In this document: one piece after another, positions 23,351-36,200 of the stretch
Position numbering within the stretch: position 1 is the first letter of the stretch
How the letters are laid out: every line of letters starts with the position of its first letter
Assembly: GCF_004010195.1 (NCBI RefSeq)
Contig: NC_057719.1
Coordinates: 85,980,056 to 86,040,055 of the forward strand
Source: Chiloscyllium plagiosum
Taxonomy: Eukaryota
DNA length: 60,000 nt
Direction: 5' to 3'
Translations under genes and position numbers: made by a program
Notes under the pieces: generated by a model
Seen by the model: only the letters and a program-made list of their open reading frames with translations
The model's database searches: none
Told to the model about the DNA's origin: nothing

Positions 23351-24069
23351 TCCTCCAAATCATTTATGTATGTCACAAACAGCAGTGGTCCCAACACTGA
23401 TCCCTGTGCAACACCAATGATCACTAGTTTCCATTTTGAGAAGCTCCCTTCCACTAGTCTGTCTCCTGTCGCCCAACCAGTTCTCTATCCATCCAGCTAG
23501 AACACCCTGGACCCCATGCGACTTTCCATCAGCCTACCATGGGGAATCTTATCAAACACCTTACTAAACATCATGCATGTGACATCTACATCCCTTCCCT
23601 CCTCAATCAACCTTGTCACCTCCTTCAAAGAATTCTATTAGGTTTGTAAGACACGACCTTCCCTGTACAATACCATGCTGCCTGTCACCGATAAGCCCAT
23701 TTTCTTCCATTTACTCATCTCCTCTTAGCTCCTTGATTTTGAAGGGGTCAGGAAGTACAATAAGAATTGCTTTAAAAAACAACGTCCTGGGTTTTCTTTT
23801 AAAAAGATGAGTCATCAGTCTCCGACATAATTTACGTTTCACGGCCCGGATTTGACAGCCACCCCCTCTAAAAGTGGATGTGGGCGGGTTGAAGGCGACG
23901 GTCTCTTTTTTGCTTAAATGTTAACTTCTCATTTGACTCAGATGCACCATTTTGAGATAGAGTGGGGAGTTTAAAACTGCTCTCTTAGTTTCTTAAGGAA
24001 CTGCATTAGTTGTTGTCATTGTCATTTTATTCTGAATTCAAATGTCCTTAAGAGATTGGCGATATCTTG

Positions 24070-24625
24070 TTATAGAGTCATAGAGACATACAAATGGAAA
24101 GGCATCCTTCCATCCAACTCGTCCATGCCGACCACATATCCCAAATAAATCTAGTCCCATTTGCTAGCATTTGGCCCATAACTCTTCCTATTTATATACA
24201 TATTTGGATGTGTTTTAAATGCTGTAATTCTGCCAGCCTCTAACACTTCCTCTGGCAGTTCATTCCACACACGCACCACCCTCTGCATGAAAAGGCTGCC
24301 CCTTAAATCCCTTTTACATCTTTCCCCTCTCACCTTAAACCTATCCCGTGCGGTTTTGGACACCCCTCATTTGGCTACTAATCCTACCCATGACCTTCAT
24401 GATTTTATAAACTGTTACCCTTTTCAGCCTCTGGCGCTCCAGGGGAAACAGCCCCAGCCTATTCACCCTCCCCCTGTAGCTCAAACCGTCCAATCCTGGC
24501 GACATCCTTGTAAATCTTTTCTGAACAATTTCACGTTTCGCAACATTTTTGCTAAAGCAGGGAGACCAGAATTAAACGCAATATTCCAACAGTGGCCTCA
24601 TCGATGCCCTGTCCCACCGCAAAAT
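24070..24625 (-). mobile_element. CR1 LINE 3' fragment
   Basis: RDLRGSLFMQRVVRVWNELPEEV motif; AGAGTCATAGAG tail. Confidence 0.8.
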
Positions 24626-24924
24626 GATGTCCTTTTTGCAGAGTCAGGTATCTATGAATGCGTCCTCCACCTATAACGGGGAAGTTATAAACACAGGCAC
24701 AATCCCTGTAAAATGTTGCCTCAGAATCGACAGAGGCAGTGTCAAATGGTCGAACTATATAGGTGGAAAATATAAGGCTCAATAGCTTAAAGACAGGAAG
24801 TGACGGATGATTGAGCCATGATCCCAACCAAAGGATCAGGCACTGGATTGAATTCAAAATGTAGAAGAAATCCATCAGTTCCAGTTGGGTAATCGAGGTT
24901 CAGTCCTGGAGTTTGCACATACCC

Positions 24925-25068
24925 CTGCATTTACCCCTGAGTAATGCACCTTCCACCATGGGCAATTTAGCACGGCCAATTCACCTGACCTGTACATCTT
25001 TGGACTGTGGGAGGAAACCGGAGCACCCGGAGGAAACCCACGCAGCCACGGGGAGAATGTGCAAATTC
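24925..25068 (-). mobile_element. HE1-type SINE fragment
   Basis: V-domain match. Confidence 0.75.
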
Positions 25069-25840
25069 CAGTCCTGGAATAATTGATCTCACTATACTCA
25101 GTAATTTGTATTCGTTTAAACCCACGCGTTTTCAAAGATTCTTGTGGTGCTGTGGTGGTGTCCGTGAGTCTTGGCTAGGAGTCCTCCCCTGCTCCAGAGG
25201 TGTGCAATAATGTCTTTGAACAGGTTGGGCGGGAAACAGAAAGTGCGCACGTTTCCGTCATAAGCCCCGTCCTGATACAGAGGCTAAACTTTCAATACAA
25301 TCCTAACAAGTTCCTCAATCCGTGACTAGAAAGTGGTGAATTCCACTCTCTCCTGTACCTTAAAATCTCTGTTTTCTTTCTTCATAAATCAGAGTTCGTT
25401 AACAATAGATCAGTTATTCTACGTATCTACTTGCATTGAAGACTGTTCTCACAGACGATAATAACAGCTATTATTTCCAATAAGAACATGACCATTATTT
25501 TTCTATTTTTAAATCGATATCGCTCAATGATTCTGATAAATATATTGCATTCTGTGTTAGTTTAAATAGTAATTTAGAAATGCTTTTGATAGTTAATAAG
25601 TATTTTTTTAAACCATTTCCAATGCTCTTTACAATATGAAGATTGTCCGTTATCAATCCTGCCATTAAAGCACAAATTATTTCTTTGTACTGTTAACCAT
25701 TGAGGCTCAGGGCTCTCTAGGCTTCCACCTCAGCATGAAAGGATGAGTTTGTTCAGCACGGGAGACATGGCAGTGCCTGAGGTGGAGAGAGGAGCCGATT
25801 ATACGGAATGAAATAACAAAAAGAAAGGAATAGAACTCAC

Positions 25841-26200
25841 TTCAAGCCGCTGTTCGGTCGGGGACCTGTTGTTCCAGCCCACGCGTCTCAGGCACTGAAC
25901 GGAAGTGCACTGTTGCACTAAACCTGCGCTCCAGTTTTAAGCTGTCAAAATCTCGCCAGAAATAATGGCGATCAGGTTATTATCACACGATGACAACTGT
26001 TGACCAATGGGGGGGAGAAGGCGCGAACCGGAATCGCCGACAGAATAATTTAACTTTATTTTGGAGGACGGGGGTTGGAGCAATTTAAAATCACTCACTG
26101 GCGGAGCGGTCAGGTCCTTCCCGCAGCTGAACTGAGCTAATTCGCGCCCTGCTTTTCCGTCTACCCCGTTTGGAGATACCTCGAGCTCGTCCTGCCTAGT
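25841..26200 (-). promoter_or_regulatory. CpG-rich promoter and probable non-coding first exon of gene B
   Basis: CpG-rich unique sequence; ETS-type CGGAAGTG at 25900, CCAAT near 26004; minus-strand donor GAA|GTGAGT at 25840. Confidence 0.45.
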
Positions 26201-27030
26201 TATGAGGGTCATTGGTCAACTGACATTCCATACATCTGTAAGAACCTCAAAATATTTCTTTTGCAGTCACTGCCCCCAAAACTTCACCTAGACTCGTCTT
26301 TAAACCATTGTTGTTGTCATCACCCCTCCAGTTGCACAAAGGAATAATTTGCAAACACATATAAATAAACTTTAGATATGCTTTAAAATTATTTTAAGTG
26401 TACATGTTGTACGGGCCTTGCTGATATTTTGGGAAGGTGATTTAGAGTTCCTGTGCCTTTTAGCACTGAGCTGATTTGAGGCGTGTTTGAAAATGATGTA
26501 CCGTTTAAATGGGAGATGGATTGCCCTGTGTGGCTCTGCACTCTTCATCGCTGGCACAGGACATCTGATGCAGCGGATTATGCATTCCACATGGTGCGAT
26601 ACCCTGGCATTGGTTTTGAATAAAGGTGGGGTGATCCCTTATCTGTGGACCCAGTTGAAGAAATAGTTTTGCCTTGTATATAGATGTCCTAAGATCCAAT
26701 TTAACCTCTGTTCATTTCAGATCACATGATATACAACTGTCTCAAGTCTGGTTATTATTTCGACAGCCTCTTGAAATCAATCATGTTGCTGGTTCCTGTA
26801 AGTCGTTTCAACATATTGAGTCCCTACTGATATACAACAGCAATTGTACATCCCTGGGTGCGTACAATCGATGTTTTTCCTTCAAAAACGTATTGTATTC
26901 TTAACGCCTAATGTTAAGTACATTAAGTTGAATTACCATTGAAATTTGACGTCAGCAAACTCCATTAGACTCCAGTTCAATTTCTTTTGCGACACGTGCT
27001 TGCAATACTTAAAATAACAATTACAAAAAT

Positions 27031-27133
27031 CCAGTTCTGAAGAAGGGTCACTGGACCCCAAAGCGTTACTCTGCTTTCTCTCCACGGATGCTGCCAGATC
27101 TGCTAGGTTTGTCCAGCAATTTCTGTTTTTGTT
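27031..27133 (+). mobile_element. PLE family 3 terminal fragment with decayed hammerhead
   Basis: CTGAAGAAGGGTCACTGGACCC...CTCTCCACGGATGCTGCCAGA; related copies near 34655, 46855 (-) and 57505. Confidence 0.6.
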
Positions 27134-27270
27134 ACTTACATGTTGGGTTTACAATGATATTTACACGTCTTGTCTTCGCCCTGAGGTACACAACTCCACA
27201 CTGATGTTTTATCTCAAAGCATGTTTGTTCATAAAATTTTACTAAGGTACATTACAAAGCAGTTCACATT

Positions 27271-27615
27271 TAGATTAGGTTCCCTACAGTATGGAAACAG
27301 TATGGTCGGTGTGGACTTGTTCCCTTCAGCCCAACAAGTCCACACCGACCATCTGAAGAGTAGCTCACCCAGACCCTTTCCCCTACCCTATATTTACCCC
27401 TAACTAATGCACCTACCACTGTTGGCAACTTAACATGGTCAATTCATCTGGTCTGCACATCTTTGGACTGTGGGAGGAAACCAGAGTACCTGGAGGAAAC
27501 CCAAACAAACACAGGGAGAATGTGCAAACTCCACACAGACAGTTGCCCTAAGCTGGAACTGAACCCAGGTCCCTGGTGTTGTGAGGCAGCAGTGCTAACC
27601 ACTGAGCCACCGTGC
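27271..27615 (-). mobile_element. HE1-type SINE (full length)
   Basis: Head, V-domain and tail present. Confidence 0.85.
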
Positions 27616-27639
27616 AACATTAGATTCAGCGTGATATAG

Positions 27640-28480
27640 TTTGGGGAGGTAACGGTGCCATGATAATGTCACTGGGCTAGTAAAGGCTGGGTTAATAGAG
27701 TCATAGAGATGTACAGCACAGAAACAGACCCTTCGGTCCAACTCGTCCATGCCGACCAGATATCCTAACCCAATCTGGCCCCATTTGCCAGCATTTGGCC
27801 CATATCCCTCTATACCCTTCCAATGGCTCCACTCCCTTGGCTCACAAGCCTCATTCCTGATGAAAGGCCTTTGCCCGAAGGGTCGATTCTCCTGCTCCTC
27901 CAATGCTGCCTGACCTGCTGTGCTTTTCCAGCACCACACCCTGGAACACTGATCTCCAGCATCTGCAGTCCTCACTTTCTCCTTCCTATTCATATACCCA
28001 TCCAGATGCCTTTTAAATGTTGCAATTGTACCAGCTTCCACCACTTCCTCTGGCAGCTCAAACCATACACGCAACATCCTCTGAGCGAAAAAGTTGCCCC
28101 TTAGGTCCCTTTTAAATCTTTCCCCTCTCACCCTAAACCTCTGCCTTCTGGTCCTGGACTCCCCCACCCCAGGGAAAAGACTTTGTCTATTTATCCCATG
28201 AGGCAGCTGGTAAAATTTAAATTGAATTACTAAATCCAGAATTGAAAACAAGTGTTTATAATAATGATCGCTGATTGTCATAAAAACCTATTTAGTTCAC
28301 CGACGTCTTGTATTGAAGGAAATCTGTTGTGCTTATCCAGTCCTGCCTAACTGTAAATTCAGATCCACAGAAATGTGGTTGACTTTAGCTGCCTTCTGAG
28401 ATGGCCACGAAAGCCATTCACTTCAAGGGCAAATAAAGTTGGACAACAAATGTTGGCTTTGCTGGTGACACCCACAGCAC
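27640..28480 (+). mobile_element. SINE family 2 split by a CR1 3' fragment (27696-28195, minus) that itself holds a PLE end (27822-27982)
   Basis: SINE head ends near 27695 and resumes near 28196; CR1 motif FKRDLRGNFFAQR; PLE CTGATGAAAGGCCTTTGCCCGAA. Confidence 0.75.
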
Positions 28481-29539
28481 AATTTCTTTTAATGCAGTTG
28501 TTGGCAGTCTGAGCTGTCACTACTCTCAGGATTACATGTTATATAGACAATGTACATATCATGTCAAAGGTTGTCTGAGGCATACAATCAAGGAGGTTTG
28601 CACGAATTGCAGACTTCTGCGTTACCCATTGAGCCTCTGAAGTGGCTGCCCAAATTTGCAACCAAATTGCCCAAATTTCCTGGAACTTCATTTCAGTGGA
28701 AGGCTCTCTACCGCCAGTTATTTGACACACAGCATGCCCTATTCCGAGGTGATTGTTCTCTGGCATCAGTTGTTGCCTGGTGTTTCCTGGGCATAGCGGG
28801 GAGCGTACATAATCATGCATTACAGAGCTTCACAGGATGAACATCAACAGAACCCATTCCCAGACCTCCTCTCCCAAAGGCACAGTCCAGAAGGAGCTGG
28901 AAGACATTTGTTTCCTCCACTTCAGTGGCTCTGCAATGTAACCTGGACTCTTTGGTGCCAATGTTCCTTTAAAGGAGCGGAGGGGGTGAAAAATCACTTG
29001 CTAAAGGAAGATGTGCACTTTCTTAGGCTCCTCTACTGCCCAAGTTCATCAATTCTGATCAGGTTTGTTTATTTTATCAGCTCACTCTTGTCTTTATGAG
29101 TCAGTAGTTTTGATAAACAAAAAAATTTCTAATTATCCTTTGGAGTAATTTTTCATGCAGTCCTCACTGGACCTCACTATGCTTGTAATACATTCTTTGA
29201 AACTCTCTTTCTTACTTTCCCTCTTTCTCTGGGCTGGGCCGAACTGTTCACATTCTTTGAACACAGCCAGTGAGCATGTAATGTTCAGAGAATGCTGGGT
29301 GGGGCTCAACACGAAAAGTGGCATTTACACCATATGAGAATATGAGAATATGCTTCATTTGTGATCTTAACTATGTGTTGCACACAAACACTCATGGATT
29401 CACCATACTTTAAACTACAATACATCAAAGCAACTCTTAGACCAATCCTTTCTGTGTGAACAAATGCTTTGTACATGAAATAAGAGGGCATTGTGTTTGT
29501 ACTTTACTATACTATCTCCTATATCTCTATACATCCCAA

Positions 29540-29885
29540 AACTGCCCAATTTCTAGTAATGTTTTATTTTTTGACATGTAATTCAATTGTAGGATAGGAA
29601 CTGAACAGCAATATTCCCAAATGCAACAATGAAGTCAGTCCTATGTGAAGTAGATTGACTGCCACTCTGAGGAGAACTGCCCTGCTTCCAGGAGTATCAA
29701 TTGAATTTTAACACCCACTTGCAAGGCGAGAATGCTTGGGAAACAGCAGGGAAGATGCTTGTGTTTAACATCTCATTGCAAGAATGCTTAGACTTGCCTC
29801 ATGCTGTGCACAAATTCCTGGAGTGGAAATTGAACACGGCCCTCTGATTTAAAAGGGTGAGAGTATTATCATTGACCTACGCAGA
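29540..29885 (-). mobile_element. ancient DeuSINE (SacSINE1/AmnSINE-like) remnant
   Basis: Degenerate head (GTTCAATTTCCACTCCAGG...GCACA) and Deu-like GATGTTAAAC; another Deu-like piece near 6330-6400. Confidence 0.45.
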
Positions 29886-30859
29886 TTCTCTAAGCTCCAG
29901 TTTGAACAACAAGCTTGGACCAAGGAACTGCAGAACTGTGTAATGGGTATCGCCATTGTGTCTGAAAGCAATCAGAATAATATATACCGCAGAAAATGGA
30001 GCCTTGGAATTGTCACCCCAAAACCATCCATCCTAAACAGACACACACACCCAGGATTTTTATGTACCTGAATCTAGAATTCTAAAGCAGATGACTGAGC
30101 CAAGAGGGACAAAATACATCATCTTTCACATTGACTTAAGACCCGTGCTACTTCTAATTGAGGAGTATACTCAGTTTCTCCATCAAATGACTATCTTAGC
30201 TGGGATAGTGATGATAAAGTCCAGTTCTATATTGACAGCAGGTCTTCCCTTATTGTCGGGTAGTAGGATTATCTTGAGAGTGAGGCCAAAGCAACAGCAT
30301 TTTTTTTGACACTGAGATCTCTTAAGTGCTGGTCCATTCAGTAAATGTACAATGTTTCAGCACTCAGCGTTCTGTGCTCTAAAGTTACACAGGGCGTGTG
30401 TGCAATTTGTTCTTGGTCAATGAAGTTCTTACTATTAATTTGAAACTTTACCTCCTACAGCCAGCATCTACAGTCCTCACTTTTGCCTCCCCATAGCAAA
30501 GGTCAACCCATTTGTTCTATGTGACAGCACAGCACGGTCATGAACGGTGGTCGTCATGTCCATGACCATATTTTGAAATGACAATATGTGTGTCCTGGAG
30601 TAATTGGAAGTAAACAGCCCCTCAGTGGTGTTTGGTCTGAGATTTGTTGAATATTGGGTGAAGTCAGGGAAAATTCACTGCATGAGACAGACCTGAATGG
30701 GCACTGCCTGCTGCTGTGTCCCGGAAAATGGATAACTTTGAGATCTCAATGTTCTTTGTAAAAGGGGAGTGAGATAAGCTATTAACTTACATCTCCTAAC
30801 ACTTAATTCTAATGCGAGAAAAGTATTTGACAATATGATCAGAACAACAGCAACCAATC

Positions 30860-31633
30860 AACATATTTGTGCCACACAAATGCCAAGCAATGACCATCTC
30901 CATTAAGAGACAATCTAACCATCATCCCTTGGCATTCAGTGTATTACCACCACTGAATTTCCCACTATCAACATCCTGGGGTTATCATTGACCAGAAACT
31001 TAATTGGACTTGCCATATAAACATACACTAGTGGCTACAAGGTAGCTCAGAGGCTATAAATACTGCAATGATTACTGCACCTCCTGACTCCTCATAGCCT
31101 GTCTACCATACACAAGGTACAATTCAGGAGTGTGATAAAATACTCTCCACCTGCCTGAAAGAGTGCAGTTCCAACAACACTAAAGAAGCTTGAAACCATC
31201 CAGGATAAAGCAGCCCACTTGATTTGCATTACATTCGCAAGCATCCAATCCCTCCACAACTGATACTCAGTAGTAGCTGTGTGTGCTATATACAAGATGT
31301 ACTGTAGAAATTCATCAAAGATCCTCAGACTACACTCTCCAACCCATGACCACTTCAATCTAGAAGGACAAAGGTAGCACTTACATGGGAGCACCACCAC
31401 CTTCAAGTTCCCCTCCAAAGCCATTCACTACCCTAACTTGGAAATATATCATTGTTCCTATACTGTTGCTGGGTCAAAATTTTGGAATTCCCTCTGTAAT
31501 GGCATTGTAGGTCAACCCACAGCAATTCACTGCAGCAGTTCAAAAAGGTAGCTCACTACCACGGGCAACTAGGGGCAGACAATAAATACTGGCCAGCCAG
31601 CAATGCCCACATCCCACAAATAAATAAAAAAAA
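30860..31633 (+). mobile_element. Crack/L2-like (CR1 group) LINE 3' fragment
   Basis: Translates as TINILGVIIDQKLNW...TIHKVQFRSV...LKKLETIQDKAAHLI; 3'UTR with A-rich tail. Confidence 0.75.
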
Positions 31634-32807
31634 TTCTGAACTTCTAATCACCGCAACTTAGGGAGAATGTCAAGGATATTGGGGGAGCCTGGGTGATGTT
31701 TAGGGAAATTTGTTGGAATTACACTTGGAATGGTTGTGTGGAGACACTAGTGAAATGGGACTACTCCCAGATCAGAGGAGGTTAAGCTGTGGTGGAAATA
31801 GGGGATTAAAACTATAAAGGGTTTTCACAGAGTTAATTCAGATTTTCAGTGATTGGGGGGTTGGGGTTTGAGATTAATAGCCAAAAAGTCAAAGTTTTAA
31901 AGTAAGTGGGGAGAGAAGGAGGAGAGAAATGAGGCACATTTGCTGCAATTTGGAATGTGCTGCCTAATGGTGTGCTGACAATAGATTCAATAGGAACTTT
32001 TAAAGGAACCTAGACATATCCCTGGAAAGAACACTATTGTGGGGTGACAAGGAGAGAGCAGGAGAGTGGGACTCATTGTAAAACAACTCAAAGACCTGAC
32101 AGAGGCAATAATGAGCCGAATGGTCTTATTTACAGCTCCATAATTCTTCTATTTTTCAATGGCAGGGCTAGTAATTATAGGGGGAAAAAATAATTAATTA
32201 ATTTATTTGGACTTTGGAAGGCCTTTGACTGTCTCTCATAGCAAATCAATGGAATAATTGTCTCAATGATTAGATCACAATGTGTTAAAACACAAACAAT
32301 GATAAACAAACAGCAGTAGGCCATTCGCCCCCTTGAGCCTGCTCCACCATTAAATAAGATCATGGGTTATTTGCTGGTAACCTCAAAACTGCACTCCTGC
32401 CTGGCCCAGATTACTCTCCACTTCTTTGCTTAACAAGAATCCATCCACTTCTATCTCAAAATATTCAGAGACATTATTTCTTTCCCCTGTTCAGGGAGGA
32501 AGTTCCAAAGACTCTGCCTAATTTCAGTGTTAAATGGGCAATCCCTGGCAGTGACCTCTAATTACAGATTGTCCCACAAGAGGACACATCCTATTCATAT
32601 CTGTCTTGTGTGGACCCCTCAGGATCTTCTATGTTTCAATTAAATTACTTTCTATGCTTCTAAACCTCAATGGTACAAGGGAAGCCTGTCCAATATTTCC
32701 TTACATGAAACTCACTTATTCCAGGGTTTAGTCTATTTAACCTTCACTGAATTGTTTACATCCTTCCTTAAATTAGGTGACCAATACTGTATGCAATACT
32801 GCAGAGA

Positions 32808-33142
32808 ACAGTGGCTCAGTGATTAGCACTGCTACCTCACAGTGCCAGGGACCTGGGTTCAATTCCATCTCAGGCAACCCTCTGTGGGTTTCTCCCTGTA
32901 TCTGCATGGGTTTCCTCTGGGCGTTCCACTCTCCTCCTACAGTCTAAAGATATGCAGGTTATGTGGATTGGCCATCCTAAATTGCCTATAGTGCCCAGGG
33001 ATGTGCAAGCAAGGTGGGTTAGCCATGGGAAATGTGTGACCACAGAGATGAGGGGTGGTGAATCTGGACGGGATGCCCGTCAGAGTGTTGTTGTGGACTT
33101 GATGCACTGAATGGCCTACTTCCATACTGAAGGGATTCTATG
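32808..33142 (+). mobile_element. HE1-type SINE
   Basis: tRNA head TGGCTCAGTGATTAGCACT and tail. Confidence 0.8.
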
Positions 33143-33754
33143 TACAGTGGTTGCACCAGAGCTTTGAAGCATCCCTACTTTCGTATTCAATTCTCTTGTG
33201 GCAACTTATAATATTCCATTAGCTTTCCTGAATACTTGCTGTACTTATATATTAATCTTTTGGGATTCATGAACTAGGACACCCAAATCTAACTGCAACT
33301 CAGCACTCTTCAATCTCATGCTATTTAGATAAAATACTTGCTTTTATTTTTACTGCCAAATGGAAAATTTCACATTTTCTCACATTATACTCAATTTGCC
33401 TCATCTTTGCCCACATATTTGATCTTTCCTTAGTTTTTTATAGGGTCCTTATATCCTCTTCACAACTCAATTACTAAATTTCTTTGTGTCCAATGTATCG
33501 TGTTTAGCTGTCAAGCCATAAGATCATAAGAAATAGGAACAGGAATAGGCAGTTTGGCTTCTTGAAACTGCTCCACCCTTCAATAGGATCATGGCGAATC
33601 CAACTTTCCTCTTATCTACTTGTCTGTTCTTTGCCAGTAACCATTGATTTCCCTACCTATCAAGAATCTATCTATCTCAGCCTTAAGTTATCAAATGACT
33701 TTGACCCTTCTGTTGCAAAGAGTTTCAAAGGCCCGGCCATCACAAGTAGTTGTG

Positions 33755-33894
33755 AGCGGCACGGTGGCACAGGTTAGGTGAATTGGCCATGCTAAATTGC
33801 CTGTAGGGGAATGGGTCTGGGTGGGTTGCTCTTTGGAGGGCCAGTGTGGTCTTGTTGGGCTGAAGGGCCTGTTTCCACACTGTAAGTAATCTAA
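33755..33894 (+). mobile_element. short internally deleted HE1 SINE
   Basis: 5' GCGGCACGGTGGCACAG joined directly to GTTAGGTGAATTGGCC and tail. Confidence 0.75.
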
Positions 33895-35239
33895 AGCACA
33901 TCTCTCTAAAATCCTTTGAAAGAAGGATTTCCTCCTTACTTAAATGGCCCCCCTTAATTTTGCGACTATATTCTCTGGTCCTAGATACTCCCATGAGGAG
34001 AAACATCCTCTCAGCATTTACCCTGAGAAGTTCCTTAAGAATCCCACACATTTCAATGAGATCTTCTCACATTCTGTTAAATTCCAGTGAATAGAGTTTC
34101 ATTGGTAACTAGTTATGAAAGGCATATTACATGCTACCCTATTGAAACAGCAGTAGTACATCATCTTTTATAAATGATTTAATTAATAATTATTTCTTAA
34201 TAATTGCAGTTAATACCATCTTGGGAGCAGTGGTATAAGTTGAATTTTAATGCATATGTATTCAAACAGGTTTACAGAAACTCTATCAGTGAGTTGAGAA
34301 ATGGTAGCTACAATTAAATACATGCTTATGTGAGGTTGTGAGATTGAGATTTGACAACTGAAGATTGATGTAGATCATGAACCAAAGGACAGGCATTGAT
34401 ATGGCAGAACAGATGCTGGGAGTTCAGTGGGTAGATCACGAGAAGTAGGTACGGTATAATCTTACCTTATGATTGGATGGCGAGAAGGAAGGCAGCCTGG
34501 TACCCACAGGAATATAGTCCCCCACACCCCTGGGTCTGTGTCCCAGCAATTGCACTTTTGGGATCCTCCGGTTGTGCCTAGTTGAGGCCTTGAAGCCTGC
34601 AAGAGAACCCTGTGCAAACATTCAAATCAGCAATTATTATATCAGACATGACAAAAGTTCATTGACCTGAACATTATCTCTGTTTGTCTCTCCACAGATG
34701 CTGGTGAACCTATTGCATATTCCCAATGTTTCCCCATTTTGTTTAAGTATTTCAGATTTGCAATTCACAATATTTGTTTTGCATCAGCTGTAAACAGATT
34801 AGTTCATTTCATTTCACAGTTGAAAGAAGGAATGATTGCAATGTTAAAGAATGTAGGAGCTGGAAGCTTCGGTTCTCATTTCAAAAGCAGATACTACCTG
34901 TTTTGTGTTACTGAACATGAGTAACTTTGCCTCTTCCCAGCCTTGTCACACTCTGTGATCGAGCAGAATGCATTTCCAAAACTGCCCCACTCAGGCCTTC
35001 CAAATGTAGGAACTGCCAATGGGACACCCAACTCAAACAGTGGCATGAATATCAAATGCACAAGTAGAAATGGATTTCCACTAATTGCCTGCCAAGAGTA
35101 CAACAACCAGTTATGAGCAACACTGAAAGAAAATGAAATCAATATTTTTATCTTGTTTTCAGATTTGCACTATTTGCAAAACTTTCATTTTCAATCAGTC
35201 TGGTAGAAAGTTGATAAAATTGCATCATTTCATACAGTC

Positions 35240-36200
35240 CCTTTTTTGACTAATAAAGAAAGGTCTTTGGTCTTGATATTCTTAGATTTTCAGAAGGCTC
35301 TTGATAAAATCCTGCCCACCTCCCCACAACTACCACACCACTATACAGGAGCTGGTTAGAAAGCAAAGCACATGGGATAGGACGTATTGTACTGGCACGG
35401 ATTAAGGATTGGCTAACAAGATGAAAACTGTAAGTGGGAATAATTAGGTCATCTTGCATAGGCAGACTGTAATCAATGAGATGCCACAAGGGTCAGTACA
35501 TATAAATTCATGTATCTTAATAATTTGTAGGTGGGGACTAAATATAGTATTTCCAAATTTGCAGATGTTACAAAATTAAATGTGAATATGTGTGGTGTAG
35601 CTTCAGCAAGTTTTGGGCAAGCTTAGTGACTGGGCAATGAACATGGCAAATTGTGCCAGTTCCACTACCTTTGGCATGAGAAACTGTTGTATAGGGATAT
35701 TTCAAAATTGGTAATAGGTTGGATAATATGGATGTACAAAAGGGAACTTGTTGATACATCACCAAAGGCTAATATGCAAGTGCAAAGGTATTGGGAAGGC
35801 TAATGGAAGATTAGCATTTATGCAAGAAGATTTGAGTACAGGAATACTGAAGTCTTGTGTCAATTGTATAGATGTTTGGTTAGATGGCATTTGGAGCACT
35901 CAGCCCAGCTTTTGTACCCTTACTCTAGGAAAGATATTAAAGTCAGAGAGGGAGTGATACATAAAAAGTTCACCATACTTGGCCCCAGAAAGTGGAACTC
36001 GTCTTACAAAGACAAGTAGAGAAATTTGGCCCGGCATTCTCTAAAGTTTCTAAGAATGAGATGTGGTCTCATTGAAACTTACAAAATATGAAAAGGGATG
36101 GACATGATTGTTGGAGGTAAGAGGTGTCTATGGTTGGCAAATCTAGAACCAGAGGTGACTATTTAAAAATAAGAGCGATGCCATTTAGTACTGAGGTTTA
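35240..36200 (+). mobile_element. old CR1 RT fragment
   Basis: LDFQKA..DK, SKFAD, KANG.LAF remnants. Confidence 0.65.

Larger units (their letters stand above)
22324..23710 (-). mobile_element. 5'-truncated CR1 LINE with nested SINE and PLE insertions
   Basis: MEFNPDKCEVMHF and FDKIPHGRL RT motifs; AAAGAACACAGAA tail. Confidence 0.8.
32285..34095 (-). mobile_element. older CR1 fragments with HE1 insertions
   Basis: CR1 3' tails (GGCCATTCGCCCCTTGAGCC; ATAAGAAATAGGAACAGG) and RT C-terminal residue. Confidence 0.65.

Noticed and set aside
22813..23400. 195-aa ORF
   Set aside because: Chimera of HE1, antisense CR1 and PLE sequence; not a gene
26470..26650. Faint Harbinger-transposase-like sequence
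   Set aside because: Too degenerate to support by eye
27595..28281. 228-aa ORF, the longest in the track
   Set aside because: Reads through nested SINE, CR1 and PLE fragments
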